From positions 992,001 through 1,056,000 of the forward strand of contig NW_027271406.1 of NCBI RefSeq assembly GCF_040938485.1: DNA of 64,000 nt. Reading direction: 5' to 3'. The translations under genes were made by a program, and so were the position numbers. The DNA comes from Diadema antillarum (taxonomy: Eukaryota). The notes beneath the pieces are model-generated. The model was given only the letters and a program-made list of their open reading frames with translations. It had not been told where the DNA came from and made no database searches. This document shows, in pieces, positions 62,101 to 64,000 of this stretch (the first letter of the stretch is position 1; the number at the start of each line of letters is the position of its first letter).

Positions 62101-64000
62101 ATTAAAGATACCTCCAAAAGAGATATTGAACCTATGCTACTTATAAGAGTTGTGCAGATATAACAAGGTGTGACATATGGCATAATACATGAACTCCAAA
62201 ATGGATTCAGTGTGCCTGTTTTTACCAAGTCCATAATGAAGTCAATACAAAATACAAGCACATTTTACTATGATAAATGTACAGATGATATACAGGTATT
62301 AATGAAATGTACATAAATTTACTATGAAACAAAAATAACTATGTGTTATGGCTTACCAATATTATGATGACTGGCATGGGTGTGCATTTACAAGATAATC
62401 TATCTGAAGATTTTGAAATGCTTCTGAATAATGTCATATGTTTAAACTTATGGCTTCCTAGAAATAGCATTTCTTACAAGAAGGTCTGAACATTATTATG
62501 TATATATTCCCCACAACAAAAGTCACCAAATGTTACATACTTATTGAATTATTACAATACCTTGCTTGCTCGAATTTAATATTACTGCACTTTATACCAT
62601 TTTCTGTCAGTTGTGCGGTTCATGAAATACTGCATATAACTCCATAAGATCATATGACAAAATTCAATACAACTAGCAATGTGAGTTGAGCAAATTGGCA
62701 TAATGCCAATGTGAAGCATTTAATTTCATCAATTTTCGTAAAAACCAGTGAAATAACAACTGCTGCCATTCCCTTGGCACGACATATTGAAATAAAAGGC
62801 ACTGCTTATAAAGATTGATCAGGCACTATGCACACACACACACTCTATATTCAAAAGACATAGGCAGAGTGAAAGACTTGTGTGCTAGTAAGACAGTGTG
62901 CCTATCACAATATGTCGACTCCTATCTTTTTTCTCTTCGATGGTACTTAGCTACATTTCTATCCATGTATCAAATCCATGTGCGTTTCAGCTGCATTATC
63001 CAAGGTGCCATCGATTCAAGAGCAAAAGACATTTCTCATTACACTAAAATCTGCCTACAATATACCCACATTAAGTTGGAAGATTGGTCAAATGACACCT
63101 AGAAGTTGTTTCTTTTTTTATACATATATTCACACCCTGTTGACTATTGAGTACTGCAGGTCATGCATAGAAGACACAAACACTAAAGAGATACAAAATT
63201 CAGTCTTCAGTCAGTTCGCTGTGGCATTTACAACATACATTTTTGTCATATTCATGATCCATTTTACTACACTACAGAAAGTCACTGAGAATGATAGTAT
63301 TTCAAAAGCATCAACGGACCAAAGTCTCGAGGGTGAGAATGAGAGAGGAAATTTTTTACCATCTTTTACTTTTTTGATCATTCTCATTTCAGATTCAAAA
63401 TGTATCGTCTATACCCAACTAAGAGACTGCTGTGAGGAACGCATGTAAGGATGCATTTATGCCTAATTCTTTAGGCCATAATCAGCATTTTGAAATGTGA
63501 TATGTGCAAAACATGGTTCCATCCCGACTCACTTTGACATTAATGTCATTTTCAAAACGCTGATTAAATAAGCACAAAAGGGTGTCTTTACAATCAGCGA
63601 TTCTCTCTAGTAAATCACCTTTACAGGGGAAATATAAAAGCAAAATCAGGTGTGCTGATCAACAGCCCGCCACAATGGGGGTTTCTAGTTTTTCAACAAT
63701 GCGTAGTGCATGGTGGTGAAATCAGCTCTTTCTCGTGCTCAAAAAATTGAGCATTAACAATATCCCAGTGAAGCGCATTTTGGATCAGAGTTTCAAACGC
63801 TGATTCTGGCTTCGCAAACCTGAAATGATGTACATGTACATAAATTGTCAGAAATCCTAACTAATCATCCAAAGAAAGCATGACTCAGCTGCTTTTCTTC
63901 CTAATTCTCTACAAAAATGATTTGTATATCTCACTGGCACATGATTTACCATGCAAGCAGAATACTGGCACAGATTTTGAGTTGCTTTAAAGTAAGACTT

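Noticed and set aside
727-63448. Remaining 60-150 aa ORFs in the six-frame track
   Set aside because: Intronic or intergenic, low-complexity, repeat-derived, or alternative frames and antisense of real exons; no family signature recognised.

Overview
Intron-rich, AT-rich eukaryotic DNA from an animal, probably a marine invertebrate deuterostome such as an echinoid (inferred from gene content, intron positions and repeat types). I reconstructed four spliced genes by hand with phase-consistent GT-AG junctions. They are AMT/GcvT (minus, 8 exons, 10192-17922, 406 aa), a DCC1/DUF393 thiol-disulfide oxidoreductase (minus, 3 exons, 21881-24704, 191 aa), NEK4 (minus, 14 coding exons, 31575-44486, about 709 aa) and ASB13 (plus, 6 coding exons, 49043-55145, about 285 aa), which is divergent from NEK4. 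Between the DCC1-like gene and NEK4 lies a probable decayed multi-exon gene with weak FBXO4-like resemblance. Introns and intergenic DNA hold many small non-autonomous DNA transposons with readable TIRs and TSDs (Kolobok-, pogo/Tigger-, Harbinger-, piggyBac-, hAT- and Merlin-like), tRNA-derived SINE fragments, microsatellites and one 212-N gap. I found no CRISPR array, intact tRNA/rRNA, autonomous transposase, or convincing novel multi-gene system. The best second-look items are the cryptic pseudogene, a tandem GAG acceptor needed by ASB13, and several unusual foldback elements. Comparisons with human proteins and exon structures are from memory and need checking by alignment.
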